This document shows positions 36,809-45,278 of a DNA stretch of 64,000 bases, in pieces (within the stretch, counting starts at the first letter, position 1; each line of letters opens with the position of its first letter). The position numbers and the translations under genes were made by a program. This DNA is from Verrucomicrobiales bacterium. GTDB taxonomy: Bacteria; Verrucomicrobiota; Verrucomicrobiia; Limisphaerales; UBA1100. Location of the stretch: positions 245 through 64,244 of the forward strand of contig SYLI01000021.1 of NCBI GenBank assembly GCA_005809105.1. The letters run 5' to 3'. The notes below the pieces were generated by a model. It did not search any database and was not told where the DNA came from. It was given only the letters and a program-made list of their open reading frames with translations.

Positions 36809-39800
36809 GTGCGTGTATCAACGCAATTAAGGCGGTGGATACGGCGCGCGGCGGCGCTGGTGACCATGGCGCTGGCGTTGGGTGCGCCGCCGGCGCAGGC
36901 CTTCACCCTCATCGGGCCTCCCAACCCGGCCGCGTTTGATTGGGCCACCTACTTCACCTTTGCCGCCCTTCCGGCCGCACCCACGATGCCCGGCGGCGGC
37001 GCCGCGGCTCAGCAGGGTTCGCTTAACTTCGTGGACCCACTGGGTTGGCCGGTGCCGGTGAAGGAGTTCTACCGGTGGAATTTCCCCGAACTCACCTACG
37101 CCTTTGACAGCTCGTTCATCCGTTTCTTTGGCCACCATGGCATGCAGGCGGTGCACAATTCCTTCCGGGTGCTCAATGATTATTTTGAACCGGAGGACGC
37201 GGCGTACGATGGCGTCAGCACCCTGGATTTGCTGCGGCAGTACGACCAGCACTTTTCCACATGGCGCTTTAATCCCTCGGCCAACGTGGGAAACGTGACC
37301 GACATGCAGACCCTCGTCACGGGCCTGCTGGTCAATCACATGGGATTGGGCAATCCCCATCGCTACTGCTACGTCATTCGGGACATCATCAACTACCTCG
37401 CAAACGACACGACTTCGCGGGGCGATTTCCACGTCACCCTGCGAAACTACGACCCCTTCACCTACCACCCCTCGGCCGTCATCAATGGGGTCAATCACAG
37501 CTACTACATCTACTCCAATCCGGCCTACGTCGCTGGCGCGGGCGGCGCGCGCCCAGCCGTGTTCGATGCCGTTGAGTACGCCGTCAGCAGCGACAATGAG
37601 TTTAGCGCCGTTGCGGCCATCCGCGACGTGATCAACTTTGGCGGGTTGCCCTGGCCGCAGGTGGCCCCCACGGTGTTCCGCACGCCCGGCGTCTTCTTTA
37701 CCCCCGAAGACTCGCGCAACAAGCCTGCGATCAATACCACAAGCACCGTGCGGGACCAGCCCAGGCACACGTTGACCTACGACGATGCTGGCGGCCTGCG
37801 CTATCTCTATCGCACCAACAACGTGGTGTTCGAAAGACTCGATGCTTCGGTCACGCTGGTCACCCTGGCAAACATGAACCCCCCGCCGCGCACCACCGGC
37901 ATCCCCCCGGCCGTTCCTCCCAACTCTCCATTTAACACCCCGCAGGTGCGGACCATCACGGGGTTGGTGGCCGCCACCATCACACCCGCCAACAGCGCCA
38001 CGGGCAGTATCCGGCCGCAGGTGACCACCATCGTCCGCGACGGACTGCGCGGTGGCATCAACAAGATCCGATTCAACTACCTTCCCTATGATTCGCTGCT
38101 GGGGAGCGCCTATCACACCAACAACAGTGTCTGGACGGATGTCTTCATCACCAACGCGCTCCCGACGGACATCGTGCCCGCCAATCCCCCATTCTTTAGC
38201 CAGGTGGTGCAGCGCACCACCACCCGGCCCGATATCATCTTCATCGCGCAGGATCTCGGCGTGGCGGGCAACGTGCTGCCGGTGATCCAAATCCCGGACA
38301 CCGCCAACTGGGACAACTCCATGATTGCGAGCAACACCCAGCAGGGCGCCGCTGGACGGTACATGGGGCCGGGCGTGATCCGCCCTCCGGCTGCGACCTC
38401 GATTCAATACATCTTCACCACGCGCGCGCCTTTCCATCAGGTCGTCTGGTCGGGCCAGCAAGGCATCGAGGGGAACATGGTGACTCAATTTCAGTGGGGC
38501 TGGATCACCAACACCGGCCCCAATGACTTCATCCGCTTCCCCGAGGCGGACATCACGCAACCCGAAGGAGTCGTCGCGCCCAGCGGCGTGGTGCCGGAAA
38601 TGACGGCGTTGTCTGTGCTCGACGGCAGCCAGAACATCTTCACTTCGCCTTCCACCAGCTACAACATCGACCGCACCCTGGACACGCTCATCATCTACGG
38701 CCGACGCTTGGACACGGTGAGCCAGATTCGAATTCTGGACCACAACACCACCGTCGCCGGCAAGTATCGGGAACTGCAAGCGATTGACGCCCGGCGGCAC
38801 ATCATGAGCGACCAGCAAATCGTGCTCTCGCCCGGAACGCTCAATGAAAAAACCGTGTCGCCCTCCACAGGCACGTGGTACCGGCGGATCAGCCTTGTCA
38901 ACTCGCGAGGCGAAAGCGTCTCGGAGCTGCTCTACAAGATTCGGGATGGCCGCCCGCTCATCCATGCCACCCAGTACGACGGCTTGCCGCTCAATACCAC
39001 CAAGAGCCTCGTCATCACGGGCAGCGGGTTCAGGACGGCGAACGGCAACGTGAACCAGATCTGGTTCTTCGATGACAACAACGGCACCAACAACGCCCTG
39101 GATCCGGACACGGGCACGGGCGTCTTTCCAATCCCCATCGCCATATTGGACATCAATGCCACCAGCGCGTACGTCGCGCCCAGCGGTGTGGGAGCGAGGA
39201 ACACCGACATCGTCATCACCGACAACTCCATCTATCTGCCTCCCCACATGATCAGCGACGGCCTCTTCATTCCTGGCGGGCTCCCCGCCACGTTTGGCTC
39301 CTTCGGGTTTGGCACCTTGGGACAGGGAAACAACATGGCGCGTAGCGACGGCAACAGCACCGACGTCACCGTCCTGCTCTTTACCAAGCACATTCGGGTG
39401 GCCATCAACAACAGCCTTACCGGTCAGCCCAACGCCAACGTCATCATCAGTCCGGCGCGGCCCACCGTTCAGGGGTTCACGCAAATTGGCGTGGGGGGTG
39501 AACGCAACTCGACCGCGCCGGGAGTGGGCGGCGAGCCCACCTTCCCCATCATCACCGATGTGTTTACCAACGCCACCTTGCCGGGTGCGCCCGTGACGGT
39601 TGCCGATGCCAACCGGACGTGGCTGCGCGGCACCGATGCAGACACGCTCACCATCCGCGGCCGTGGGCTGGACTTGGCCGTCGCCATCGAATTTGTGGAC
39701 GGGCTGGGCAATTCCATCCAATCCACCGATGCCGTCGGCCTGCCGCCGCAGCCCGTCTCGCTGCGGCAAAACGCCAACCCCAGCACGCTGGCGACGGGGG

Positions 39801-40000
39801 TCACCATCGTGCCGCAGGCCGTCGTGGGGTCACGCGACGCCTACGAAATCCGCATCAGTCCGGTGACCTTCGGCATGAATGGCAACGCGCTCTTTGACTC
39901 GGCCGCCAGCACCAATCCCAACCAGCTGCGCCGGGTGGTGATCCGCACGCCTTTCGGGACGGCCATCGCGCCTGTCAGCACGTACCTGATGATTCAGTAG
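36809..40000 (+). CDS. Large secreted protein (~1063 aa from a GTG start) of unknown function; C-terminal half with at least 3 Ig-like (IPT/TIG-like) segments
   Basis: One continuous ORF (track 36716..40000). Proposed GTG start at 36809 is preceded by GGGAGGGGG. Signal peptide RVSTQLRRWIRRAAALVTMALALGAPPAQA|F. Asn/Thr/Pro/Ile-rich composition. IPT-like strings TLIIYGRRLDTVSQIRILD, SLVITGSGFRTANGNVNQIWFFD, TLTIRGRGLDLAVAIEFVD. Ends 12 nt before rsmH. Confidence 0.75.
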   Translation: MRVSTQLRRWIRRAAALVTMALALGAPPAQAFTLIGPPNPAAFDWATYFTFAALPAAPTMPGGGAAAQQGSLNFVDPLGWPVPVKEFYRWNFPELTYAFDSSFIRFFGHHGMQAVHNSFRVLNDYFEPEDAAYDGVSTLDLLRQYDQHFSTWRFNPSANVGNVTDMQTLVTGLLVNHMGLGNPHRYCYVIRDIINYLANDTTSRGDFHVTLRNYDPFTYHPSAVINGVNHSYYIYSNPAYVAGAGGARPAVFDAVEYAVSSDNEFSAVAAIRDVINFGGLPWPQVAPTVFRTPGVFFTPEDSRNKPAINTTSTVRDQPRHTLTYDDAGGLRYLYRTNNVVFERLDASVTLVTLANMNPPPRTTGIPPAVPPNSPFNTPQVRTITGLVAATITPANSATGSIRPQVTTIVRDGLRGGINKIRFNYLPYDSLLGSAYHTNNSVWTDVFITNALPTDIVPANPPFFSQVVQRTTTRPDIIFIAQDLGVAGNVLPVIQIPDTANWDNSMIASNTQQGAAGRYMGPGVIRPPAATSIQYIFTTRAPFHQVVWSGQQGIEGNMVTQFQWGWITNTGPNDFIRFPEADITQPEGVVAPSGVVPEMTALSVLDGSQNIFTSPSTSYNIDRTLDTLIIYGRRLDTVSQIRILDHNTTVAGKYRELQAIDARRHIMSDQQIVLSPGTLNEKTVSPSTGTWYRRISLVNSRGESVSELLYKIRDGRPLIHATQYDGLPLNTTKSLVITGSGFRTANGNVNQIWFFDDNNGTNNALDPDTGTGVFPIPIAILDINATSAYVAPSGVGARNTDIVITDNSIYLPPHMISDGLFIPGGLPATFGSFGFGTLGQGNNMARSDGNSTDVTVLLFTKHIRVAINNSLTGQPNANVIISPARPTVQGFTQIGVGGERNSTAPGVGGEPTFPIITDVFTNATLPGAPVTVADANRTWLRGTDADTLTIRGRGLDLAVAIEFVDGLGNSIQSTDAVGLPPQPVSLRQNANPSTLATGVTIVPQAVVGSRDAYEIRISPVTFGMNGNALFDSAASTNPNQLRRVVIRTPFGTAIAPVSTYLMIQ

Positions 40001-40012
40001 TGCAGCCCATGA

Positions 40013-40912
40013 TTGCCCGTGTCCAACTTTGCGCACAAACCGGTCCTGCTCGCCGAGGTCCTCGCTACGTTGGGCCCGAGCGAGGGGGGGCGGATGGTGG
40101 ATGGCACGCTTGGCGGGGCGGGCCACGCCGAAGCCATTTTACAGGCCAGCCAATCAGGCTGGCTTGGGGGGTGCGACCGGGACGGGGCGGCGATTGGCGC
40201 TGCCCTGTCCCGACTCAAACCTTATGCCCACCGATGCGACTTGCGCCGAGGCACGTTTGCCGAGCTGCCCGAATGGATCGAGCCGGGAAGCGTGGATGGC
40301 GTGTTGTTGGACTTGGGAGTGAGTTCGCCGCAGTTGGATCACCCCGAACGCGGTTTTAGTTTTCAACATGACGGCCCGTTGGACATGAGAATGGATGATC
40401 GCCAAAACCTGACGGCGGCCGAGGTGGTGAACACAATGGACGAGCCGCGGCTCTCATCGCTGTTTTGGGAATTGGGCGAGGAACGCGAGTCGCGGAAACT
40501 GGCGCGGGGAATCGTGCGCGAGCGCCAGTCGCAACACTTCGCGACTACCGGAGAGCTAGCCAGCCTCATCGAGCGCCTCTCGCCGCGCCGGGGGCGCCGG
40601 CTGCATCCGGCCACGCGCGTATTTCAGGCGCTGCGTATGTATGTGAACGACGAAGTGGGACTGCTTGAGCGCGGCCTGCCCGCGGCTGCGTCTCTCTTGC
40701 GCCCTGGTGGCCGACTGGCGGTGATCACCTTTCATTCGCTGGAAGGCCGGATTGTGAAAGCATTTGGAGACGCCGCGAGCAAGGCGTCGCCTCCGACCTT
40801 GGGCTGGGTGCGCCGCAAGGTGATTCAACCGGGGGACGCCGAACTGGATGAGAATCCGCGGGCCCGAAGCGCTTGCTTGCGAGTGCTTCAAAAGAGCCAG
40901 GGGGAACCATGA
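40013..40912 (+). CDS. rsmH: 16S rRNA (cytosine1402-N4)-methyltransferase
   Basis: HKPVLLAEVL...VDGTLGGAGHAEAIL...LLDLGVSSPQLD...GFSF..DGPLDMRM...ITFHSLE. TTG (40013) or GTG (40019) start. Confidence 0.92.
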   Translation: MPVSNFAHKPVLLAEVLATLGPSEGGRMVDGTLGGAGHAEAILQASQSGWLGGCDRDGAAIGAALSRLKPYAHRCDLRRGTFAELPEWIEPGSVDGVLLDLGVSSPQLDHPERGFSFQHDGPLDMRMDDRQNLTAAEVVNTMDEPRLSSLFWELGEERESRKLARGIVRERQSQHFATTGELASLIERLSPRRGRRLHPATRVFQALRMYVNDEVGLLERGLPAAASLLRPGGRLAVITFHSLEGRIVKAFGDAASKASPPTLGWVRRKVIQPGDAELDENPRARSACLRVLQKSQGEP

Positions 40913-43044
40913 CGCCAAGAGAACTTGTCAACCATGGCCGTAGAGGTGGCCCCCTGCTGGCATTGATCCCGATGGTGGTGGGCGCGGCATTGAGTCCCAT
41001 GGGGCAGGAACACCCACTCATTGGCGACATCGCCGGGCATCAGCAGCGGCCGCAAATGGTGCTGGGAGCCAAGGGCGGTCTCGTCGTCTGGCAGCATGAA
41101 TCGGAGAGCAGCAAGGGCGAACATGTGATGGTGCAGGCGCTCAACGCCGATGGCGTGGGCACGGGAATTCCCATCCGGATGAGCACGGCCACCGACGGGA
41201 GGATGGAACGCCATCCGCGCGGGGCCCTGCTGCCTGATGGCAACGCGGTGGTGGTCTGGGAAGCCGGCACGCGCGCCAATCGCGAAATCTACCTAAGGTT
41301 GCTGGCGCCTAACTTCACCTTTCTCACGCCTGAGGTGAGGGTGAACACCCGACAGGCCGGCAATCAACACATGCCGGCGCTGGCGGTGTTAAACGACGGC
41401 ACCATCGTGGTGCTGTGGCGCAGCGACCTTGCCGATGGCAGCCACGGCGGCGTCATGGGTCAGCTCCTCAATGCTCAGGCAGCCAAGCTGGGAGGGGAGT
41501 TCACCGTGCACCAGAGCGCGCAGTCCAATCAGTCCCAGCCCGCGGTGGCGCCCTTGAAGAATGGCGGATTCGTGGCCGCATGGATTTCGGAAACGGTGAA
41601 CGGCCAGACGCCGGAAGGCGCACCCAACATCAAGGGCAACGTGTTCGGGCGCGTGTTTAACGCACAGGGAGCTCCCGCACCGGACGAAAAGCGACTCAAC
41701 GGGGTGGAGGGCCTTTGCTCCGCTCCCACCCTCGCCGCGATGGAGGAGGGGTTCCTTCTCGCGTGGGTTCAGGTGGATGAAAAGACGATGAGCAATCAGG
41801 AGGACATCTGGGTGAGACGATTTGGTGCCGATGGCACGGCTACCGGCGACGGAGCACGTCACAACAAACTTACCGTCGGCCGACAAAGCGCGCCGACGCT
41901 ATCGGTGAACGGGGCCGATGCGCTGGTGGCATGGCAATGCGAGGTGCGTCAGACCGCCAGCTACGAGGTGCATGGCAGGCTCTTGTCCGGGGGCGCGGAA
42001 TTCCGAATCAACAACCGCGTGCTTTACCACCAACGGCAACCCACCGCAGCGGTTGATGCCGCGGGAAACCATCATGTCGCGTGGGTGGATTCCGTGAGGG
42101 ATCGGCACGCCATCTTGTCGGCACGCAGTTATAGTGGCGCCGCGGACAAGGATGTGACGGCCCTTGCCGATGTCAGTTATGAGGGTGAAGGTGCCGACGG
42201 CGTCATGCTGGCCGGACAGGTTGTGAAGCAAAAGGATCCTGGAGCAGAGGAAATCTCGGCGCGTGCAGCCGTCCAGAGAGAAGCGGCGGAAGGCGCGGCC
42301 GATCAGCAGGCAGCCCAAGCTGCCGCCATCGCACAGGCTGCCGCTGGACGCGCGGCCACGGGTATTCTGATGGGCGTTGCACAGGGCGCGACCGGGGGCA
42401 CGGCAGAGGCGTCGAAATCGCCACTCGCTGGTGCTGTGGCCGGCCAGCGGTTGCCGGGCGACAGTGCGGCACAAACGGCGCTCGCCAGTGCTGCGCGTAA
42501 GGGAGCTGCGATTACCGGAGGCATCGCGCGTCTCAACACTTCACGATCCGCGACGGCGTCGAGCACCGCTTCAAACCTGCGGAATATCGTGGCCCAATCG
42601 CGCGCCAGCGCGGTGGCATTGTCGCCTGCCGTGACGAGGTCGGGATATGTCGATCCCAAGGCGGGATCCGCCACGCCCTCGCGCATTCCCGCGTCTACCA
42701 AAGCAACAACGAGCCGGGCTGAGCCCGCCCGTTCGCAAGCCCGCACCAGTGCGCCCGGTGCGAGCGCGGCGGCAAGGTTAAGCACCGCCCGGGCGGCGGC
42801 CGCCACGAGCTCAGGTGCAGCGCGCGCCGTGCCGGCCGTGCAGGCGTCGCTCGTGGGCTCAGGCAAAAATCTCCAGCTGCAGTGGAACACCGTTTCCGGA
42901 GGCAAGTATCAGGTGCAAGGGTCGCCCGATCAGCGGACTTGGCAAAACGTCGGGGCGGTGCGCACGGGCGCTGGAGCGGCTGATTCGGTGCCGGTGGATG
43001 CAGCGGGCAATCTGAGATTCTTCCGGGTGTCCAAGAACAACTAA
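40909..43044 (+). CDS. Exported 711-aa protein: seven tandem ~50-55-aa beta-propeller-like repeats, ~200-aa Ala/Ser-rich linker, small C-terminal beta-sandwich-like domain (…LQLQWNTVSGGKYQVQ…LRFFRV)
   Basis: The ATG at 40909 overlaps the rsmH TGA (ATGA). N-terminal RRGGPLLALIPMVVGAAL signal/anchor. Repeat consensus Q..P.vA.L.dG..vV.W ... i.GrlF.a.G...g.EF.VN seen 7 times (aa ~43-410). The stop at 43044 lies 1 nt before the ftsL-like GTG. Confidence 0.8.
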   Translation: MTPRELVNHGRRGGPLLALIPMVVGAALSPMGQEHPLIGDIAGHQQRPQMVLGAKGGLVVWQHESESSKGEHVMVQALNADGVGTGIPIRMSTATDGRMERHPRGALLPDGNAVVVWEAGTRANREIYLRLLAPNFTFLTPEVRVNTRQAGNQHMPALAVLNDGTIVVLWRSDLADGSHGGVMGQLLNAQAAKLGGEFTVHQSAQSNQSQPAVAPLKNGGFVAAWISETVNGQTPEGAPNIKGNVFGRVFNAQGAPAPDEKRLNGVEGLCSAPTLAAMEEGFLLAWVQVDEKTMSNQEDIWVRRFGADGTATGDGARHNKLTVGRQSAPTLSVNGADALVAWQCEVRQTASYEVHGRLLSGGAEFRINNRVLYHQRQPTAAVDAAGNHHVAWVDSVRDRHAILSARSYSGAADKDVTALADVSYEGEGADGVMLAGQVVKQKDPGAEEISARAAVQREAAEGAADQQAAQAAAIAQAAAGRAATGILMGVAQGATGGTAEASKSPLAGAVAGQRLPGDSAAQTALASAARKGAAITGGIARLNTSRSATASSTASNLRNIVAQSRASAVALSPAVTRSGYVDPKAGSATPSRIPASTKATTSRAEPARSQARTSAPGASAAARLSTARAAAATSSGAARAVPAVQASLVGSGKNLQLQWNTVSGGKYQVQGSPDQRTWQNVGAVRTGAGAADSVPVDAAGNLRFFRVSKNN

Positions 43045-43045
43045 C

Positions 43046-43390
43046 GTGAACCAGAAAAAAAACTCATCCCTGCGATTTGTTCCGGCGGTCAAGGCCGCAT
43101 TAATTTGCCTCGTCACCTGTGCGCTGGGCCTAGGCTATGTGTGGCAGAAACAACAAATCTCAAAACTGGGCGAGGAGATGAAGAAGCGTGAGGAACGCCT
43201 GGGCACATTGCGGCAGGAGAACAAGCGTTTCAATGACATCCTTGCCCAGCTCAAGTCTCCTCAAACGCTGGACCAGATGGCTCGTGAATGGCGACTCAAT
43301 CTGGAGGCACCCAAGCCTCAACAAGTCGTGGTGGCAACGGAGCCGGCGTCGGAAAATCCCGCCAGGACTGTCCACGCGGCCCGCCGTTGA
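43046..43390 (+). CDS. ftsL: FtsL-like cell division protein (single TM helix + coiled coil)
   Basis: 114 aa; TM segment AVKAALICLVTCALGLGYVW followed by a heptad-like segment QQISKLGEEMKKREERLGTLRQENKRFNDILAQL; canonical position before ftsI; GTG start. Confidence 0.7.
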   Translation: MNQKKNSSLRFVPAVKAALICLVTCALGLGYVWQKQQISKLGEEMKKREERLGTLRQENKRFNDILAQLKSPQTLDQMAREWRLNLEAPKPQQVVVATEPASENPARTVHAARR

Positions 43391-45276
43391 TGTCTCGTCC
43401 TCCCATCGCGCGTTCGGATTCACTGCCTCCCCGGGCTGGAAGGGGCTGGCTTCTCAGTTTCGCATGCTTGCTCCTCGCCTGCTACGGCGCACTGGCCTAC
43501 CGGCTGGTGGATCTTCAGATCCTCCGCCATGCGCAGTTGCGCGAGGTGGCCAGCGACCACACCACGCGCACCGTTATTTCTGAGCCGCGACGTGGCGACA
43601 TCTTCGACTCCCATGGCAATAAACTCGCCACGAGCGTGTTTGTAAAAACGGTGTGCGCCGACCCCTCTCTGTTGGGGCGGCATCACGCTGAGGTGGCCCG
43701 CGCACTGGCACCTGTGCTCAAGCTTGATTCTCTCGAGCTTGAAGCCCGCCTCAAGCCGGCATTGCGACAGAGCGCGTCGGGCCAGCTTCGTACCAATCGC
43801 TATGTGGTGCTGCGACGGAAGGTGAAGCCGGAGATGTGGGAAGCCGTGAAGAAGACTTTGGCGACCCTGCCGCTTTCCGGTGAGCCAGCGCGGCCGGCCG
43901 GGGAACTCCGGCAATACTTTGCCGCGCTTCGCAGGCACGCCATCTTTGCCGATCCTGTGGAGGATCAGGAGCGGATTTACCCATCAGGGGCGCTAGCGGC
44001 GCATGTTCTGGGTTTTGTGGCTGGAGACGAACATGCGGGCAGGGAAGGGGTCGAGGCGGCGCTTGATACGCACCTCACGGGCGCGCGCGGGTGGCGCGTC
44101 ATCCAGACCGATGCGCGCAAGCGCGAGAAGGTGGAGCATCGGGTGCAGGACATTCCCGCGCGCAATGGTCTCAATGTCGTGTTGACGCTCGACGCAGGCG
44201 TGCAGAACATCGCCGAGACGGAGCTGGCCGCCGCTGTTAAAAAACATCAACCTCAGGGCGCGACCGTCATCGTGATGCGTCCAGCCACAGGCGACATCTT
44301 GGCGATGGTCAATGCGCCGTCCTTCGATCCCAATCGCCCGGGTGATTTTGACGCTGCGCAACGCCGCAATCGTGCCGTCACCGACTTGTCTGAACCCGGA
44401 TCCACCTTCAAGATCGTTCCCATCGCCGCCGCTCTCAATCAGGGCAAGACCACGCTGGCCAACCAGTTTCATTGCGGCGACGGGCAGTTTCCCTACGCCG
44501 GCAGAGTGCTGCACGATCATCATCCCTACGGGCTGCTCAGCGTCGAGGGCATCATCACCAAGTCCTCGAACATTGGAGCGGCCAAGGTGGGGATGCTGCT
44601 GGGTGCACCCCTGCTGCACCAGTACATCCACGACTTTGGCTTCGCGCGCAAATCGGGCATCCAGCTTCCCGGCGAGGTCGCCGGCGTGGTGCATCCTTTG
44701 GCGAGGTGGAATGCGCTGTCCATCACGCGCCTGCCCATGGGGCATGAGATGAGCGCCACGCCGTTGCAGATGGTGATGATGATGGGCGCCATCGCCAACC
44801 GCGGCCAGCTGATGCAGCCGCGGCTGGTGGATCATCTGGCCAACGACGAGGGTCAGGCGGTGGTGCGCTTTGGCGCCAAAGTGGTGAGGCAGGTGATCAA
44901 ACCCGAGACGGCCTTACAGATGACGCGCGCGTTAAAGACGGTCGTCGGGCCAGAGGGCACGGCCAAGGGAGCGCGGCTGCCCTACCACTCGGTTGCGGGC
45001 AAGACGGGCACGGCCCAGAAGCCAGGCCCTGGCGGGTACCTGCCCGGCAAGTATTACTCGTCCTTCATCGGATTTTTTCCTGCCGACTCGCCTGAAGTGT
45101 GTATCTTGGTCTCCATGGATGAGCCGCAGGGGGAATACTACGGAGGCGTCGTTGCCGCGCCGGTGTTTAAGGCCATCGGCGAGCGCGTGGCTGCGTATCT
45201 GGCCATCAAGCCCGACTTGAATCCGGACGCCAGCCTAGTTTCAGCCGACGAGAAAGCCCGCGCGCGCCGTCCCTGA
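43390..45276 (+). CDS. ftsI: Peptidoglycan D,D-transpeptidase FtsI (class B PBP)
   Basis: Start trimmed to the ATG at 43390 (TGATG overlap with the ftsL stop). TM anchor WLLSFACLLLACYGALAY. Motifs STFK (GSTFKIV), SSN (KSSNIG), KTGT (GKTGTAQ). Confidence 0.92.
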   Translation: MSRPPIARSDSLPPRAGRGWLLSFACLLLACYGALAYRLVDLQILRHAQLREVASDHTTRTVISEPRRGDIFDSHGNKLATSVFVKTVCADPSLLGRHHAEVARALAPVLKLDSLELEARLKPALRQSASGQLRTNRYVVLRRKVKPEMWEAVKKTLATLPLSGEPARPAGELRQYFAALRRHAIFADPVEDQERIYPSGALAAHVLGFVAGDEHAGREGVEAALDTHLTGARGWRVIQTDARKREKVEHRVQDIPARNGLNVVLTLDAGVQNIAETELAAAVKKHQPQGATVIVMRPATGDILAMVNAPSFDPNRPGDFDAAQRRNRAVTDLSEPGSTFKIVPIAAALNQGKTTLANQFHCGDGQFPYAGRVLHDHHPYGLLSVEGIITKSSNIGAAKVGMLLGAPLLHQYIHDFGFARKSGIQLPGEVAGVVHPLARWNALSITRLPMGHEMSATPLQMVMMMGAIANRGQLMQPRLVDHLANDEGQAVVRFGAKVVRQVIKPETALQMTRALKTVVGPEGTAKGARLPYHSVAGKTGTAQKPGPGGYLPGKYYSSFIGFFPADSPEVCILVSMDEPQGEYYGGVVAAPVFKAIGERVAAYLAIKPDLNPDASLVSADEKARARRP

Positions 45277-45278
45277 CG

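Noticed and set aside
36827-39769. 980-codon stop-free ORF on the minus strand, antisense to the large mraZ|rsmH insert gene
   Set aside because: Its translation is R/G/A/V/D/H-rich, featureless sequence typical of the antisense frame of GC3-rich genes. It has no RBS or signal, and it overlaps nearly the whole of a sense ORF that has an RBS, a signal peptide, sensible composition and domain-like periodicity.
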